Made by a program: the position numbers and the translations under genes
Assembly: GCA_036172245.1 (NCBI GenBank)
Contig: JAYWIR010000034.1
Coordinates: forward strand, 1,860,001-1,924,000
From: Raillietiella orientalis
Taxonomy: Eukaryota
Direction of reading: 5' to 3'
Length of the DNA: 64,000 bases
Shown here: positions 61,314 to 64,000 of the stretch, piece by piece
How positions within the stretch are numbered: the stretch's first letter is position 1
Layout of the letters: every line of letters starts with the position of its first letter
Notes under the pieces: generated by a model
What the model saw: only the letters and a program-made list of their open reading frames with translations
Database searches by the model: none
Told to the model about the DNA's origin: nothing

Positions 61314-64000
61314 TCATATAAATATATCATATCTCTCTTATTTTCAAGTTCAAACTAAATTTATACTGTTTGCAGTTCATCTGTCAACCTTTTCCATGCA
61401 TTTAAAGGAAGCAGCATTCTCAGTTCAGTATCTAAAGATATGCTAGTTTTTCCACACTGCATACCAGGATATAAAATGTTTCATGCGAGCTGAAAAATGC
61501 TCCTGAAGAATAAATTTGATTTTCTATTCTCCATTTGTAATTTCTTCAAGTTATTGATGGTTTTTAAAGACTTTCTGTTAAAGCTGATATGGCCTATACA
61601 TTTGAAGATGTGAAAGTGGAAAAGGAATTTTAGGAAAGTAGAACCTTTAGTTATTGTGGATTATCTTGGTGATTTGGCGACACCAAGGGAACCTTGGATT
61701 TGTCAAGGTGTAGGGAAATTGATTATTTTTCAGAATTGAGCTGATAATTCATGAAAATGTGTCTACTGTTTGATATTTGAATTTCAATAATAATTTAATT
61801 ATAAATGAATATGCTAATAATTCTACTTTTAATGCTTTCTGAGAACACTGCTGTTTGCAGTTTTACTCTTCATTTTCTCATCATGTTTTCTATGATTATT
61901 GCTGTATGAGGTTTTTGGTTGGAATTGGCAATTACTGAAATTGAATTGTGAAGGTTACAGAATGCTTGTGCAGCATTACATTGATCTGTAAATGGAAGAG
62001 GATTATATATTATCAAGTACTGTAAATCATGTGGTTAAGGAAAGCATAATTTTTTTGATGTCATGTGAATGGCACAATAAAAGAAACAAGGCAGTCCATA
62101 GTAACTCTTAAGATTGTTAGGTAGGGTTTTATAAACATAATTACAGTTGATTCAAAGCAGTTGATTTTCATCGAATGTAGTAGGAGCAAAACCTACTGCT
62201 TAGTAAGTAATCACTGATTCTTGAGTTATCAATAGGTAGCTTTAGGAATTCACATTTTCAAATTTGCATTCATTTGGTTGGAGTAAGGGATTGAATTTTT
62301 CTACGGTCTAGTTTTTACACAGCTATGGACGAACCTGCAAATGTGCTATTGAAAAAATCCAGCAAATCAAATGTGCAAGGAACTTAGTATATCCCAAGTT
62401 ACACAAAGACTCAGTTTTCAGTAGATGGATGAATTGTTTGGGGTTCACTGAAGCACCATAATCGGAACTACCTTTAACGAAAACTACTTAAAAGCACTAC
62501 AAAAACAAAGCAGTAATCATCATCCAGATAGGATCTCGAGATAAAGGAATCAGGAAGAATTCTGTAATTGGTGAAGGTTAGTTTTTTTCCATCTGGGTTT
62601 CCAACATTGCACTAAAGCATTTCCATTTGAGAATTGATCCATCCATTTATATCATGAAGGTTGACATGGCACTATTTTAAGCATAGAAGACTGTATCAAC
62701 TATCAGTACTACAAGGTCATCAGACATTGAGATGATCTATTGACATCTGAGTCAGCTGATATAACGCCCTAATGGAACTAGTGAAAAGTTTTCATTGTGC
62801 TTCCCCAAGTTGCTTGAATCGTATTTGAGCATAATAAAATATATTAACGTTTTTTGTGTGGATCCGTTCATACATTTGTCCACATCAAAAAAGGCGAGTG
62901 TGGCCGCGAAAGTCACGCTTATCCTGAGTGGCGGAATGAAACTTACGTGTGCAAATGGCCAGGTATCCTTGTAGAACCCACGTTGTTAGGATTTCGATCA
63001 ATTGGAAAAATTTCGTCGTCAGCATTCTGAACACAAAATCAGATTTCATCTGCAGAGAAAATTTTGTTGCTCACTTGAAGTAATGACGATTATCTCAGGT
63101 TTGCACGGGTGAGGCCGCTTGTTTCCATTCGAAGATTGAGGAAATTCTTTCCTCGAGAGACCACCCGCATCTGGGCCACTCCTGAAGAAAATTCTGGGGT
63201 GCAGAAGCAACATGAAGGGGTGTGTTAAAATGAAGCTGCTTGCTGAGTTTCAGAAGGCATTTGGTTAAAACCGAAAACGCTTAATAAGTCAAGGCAGTTT
63301 ACAAAACTCAAGATGCTGGTGTTTCTTCATGAATGCGTCTGAATTCACGAGCTGCTGCAAACATGCATGAGAGCGCTCAATTAGTTTTTTTTTTATTGCG
63401 ACGACATCGCTCGAATTAAGGGAGCGTTTCGGTTTCTTCGGCCTGCTAGACTACAGGAATTACGTTTCGACTCAAGAGGAAACATCATGCTTGAGACCAA
63501 TGCACTGTCCTACCAATTACAGCGCTGGCACTACCATCCGCGCAAGTGGTCCGCCTGTCTGGAAGAAACACGAAGAACTTGGTGTAGTCTTCGGAAAGCA
63601 GCTGGGTGTTCGAAGGCTAACGGAACCTTCGGAAACGACTAGTGCTGCTGAACATGCTGCTGCTACTGTTACTCACATGGAAAGGAAAAAAAAGATAGTC
63701 TTACGCGGAAACTTTGAAGCACAAAGCCCTCGGGATGGCATGTAACAGCTCGCAAAGCGTGCTTTTGTGAACCATGGAATGATGCTGCGGACGTCTCTGC
63801 ACTCTTTAGAGCTCTTGCATAGACGCATACCCAGGCAAACACATCCATGTCTGCAAATCCGATGGTCTGGAAGCGTGAACTACCCATCTGGGAAATCAGA
63901 AAGGTCACAAAAGCTTTGCTCGGACGATTCCGCTGAGGAACTACTGATCTGCAATAAATTAACAAGTGCGTATAAATATGTGTCAGATTACCTGAATTCA

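Noticed and set aside
1..64000. tRNA, rRNA, snRNA/snoRNA, transposase or reverse transcriptase sequences
   Set aside because: None recognised by eye. tRNAscan-SE, Infernal/Rfam and RepeatMasker would be needed to exclude short or degenerate copies.

Overview
Eukaryotic genomic DNA with spliceosomal GT-AG introns, some only 49-71 nt long. It is most likely from an arthropod, inferred from cuticle-type low-complexity proteins; the taxon cannot be fixed from sequence alone. The window is a sharp compositional mosaic. AT-rich, CpG-poor blocks carry housekeeping genes: PTTG1IP-like (~3.2-8.4 kb, +), TRAPPC2/sedlin (46.75-47.69 kb, -) and SNRPG/SmG (60.58-61.30 kb, +). A very GC/CpG-rich block (~11.5-41.5 kb) carries a five-exon class A orphan GPCR with non-canonical microswitches and a cluster of three genes for secreted low-complexity proteins. 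These are an (APxASYS)n protein, a ~1000-aa charge-segregated protein (Asp/Glu repeats followed by ~35 His/Arg/Lys/Val repeats) and a 148-aa acidic protein. The three share first-exon architecture and short leader motifs, and are the best candidate for an undescribed extracellular-matrix, cuticle or adhesive system. A divergent BLOC1S2-like gene lies at 54.6-54.9 kb. The PTTG1IP-like gene has an in-frame TAA inside an otherwise plausible signal peptide. Several intermediate-GC segments look like unrecognised multi-exon genes. No rRNA, tRNA, CRISPR array or recognisable transposon was found. Most long ORFs in the GC-rich block look like compositional artefacts.
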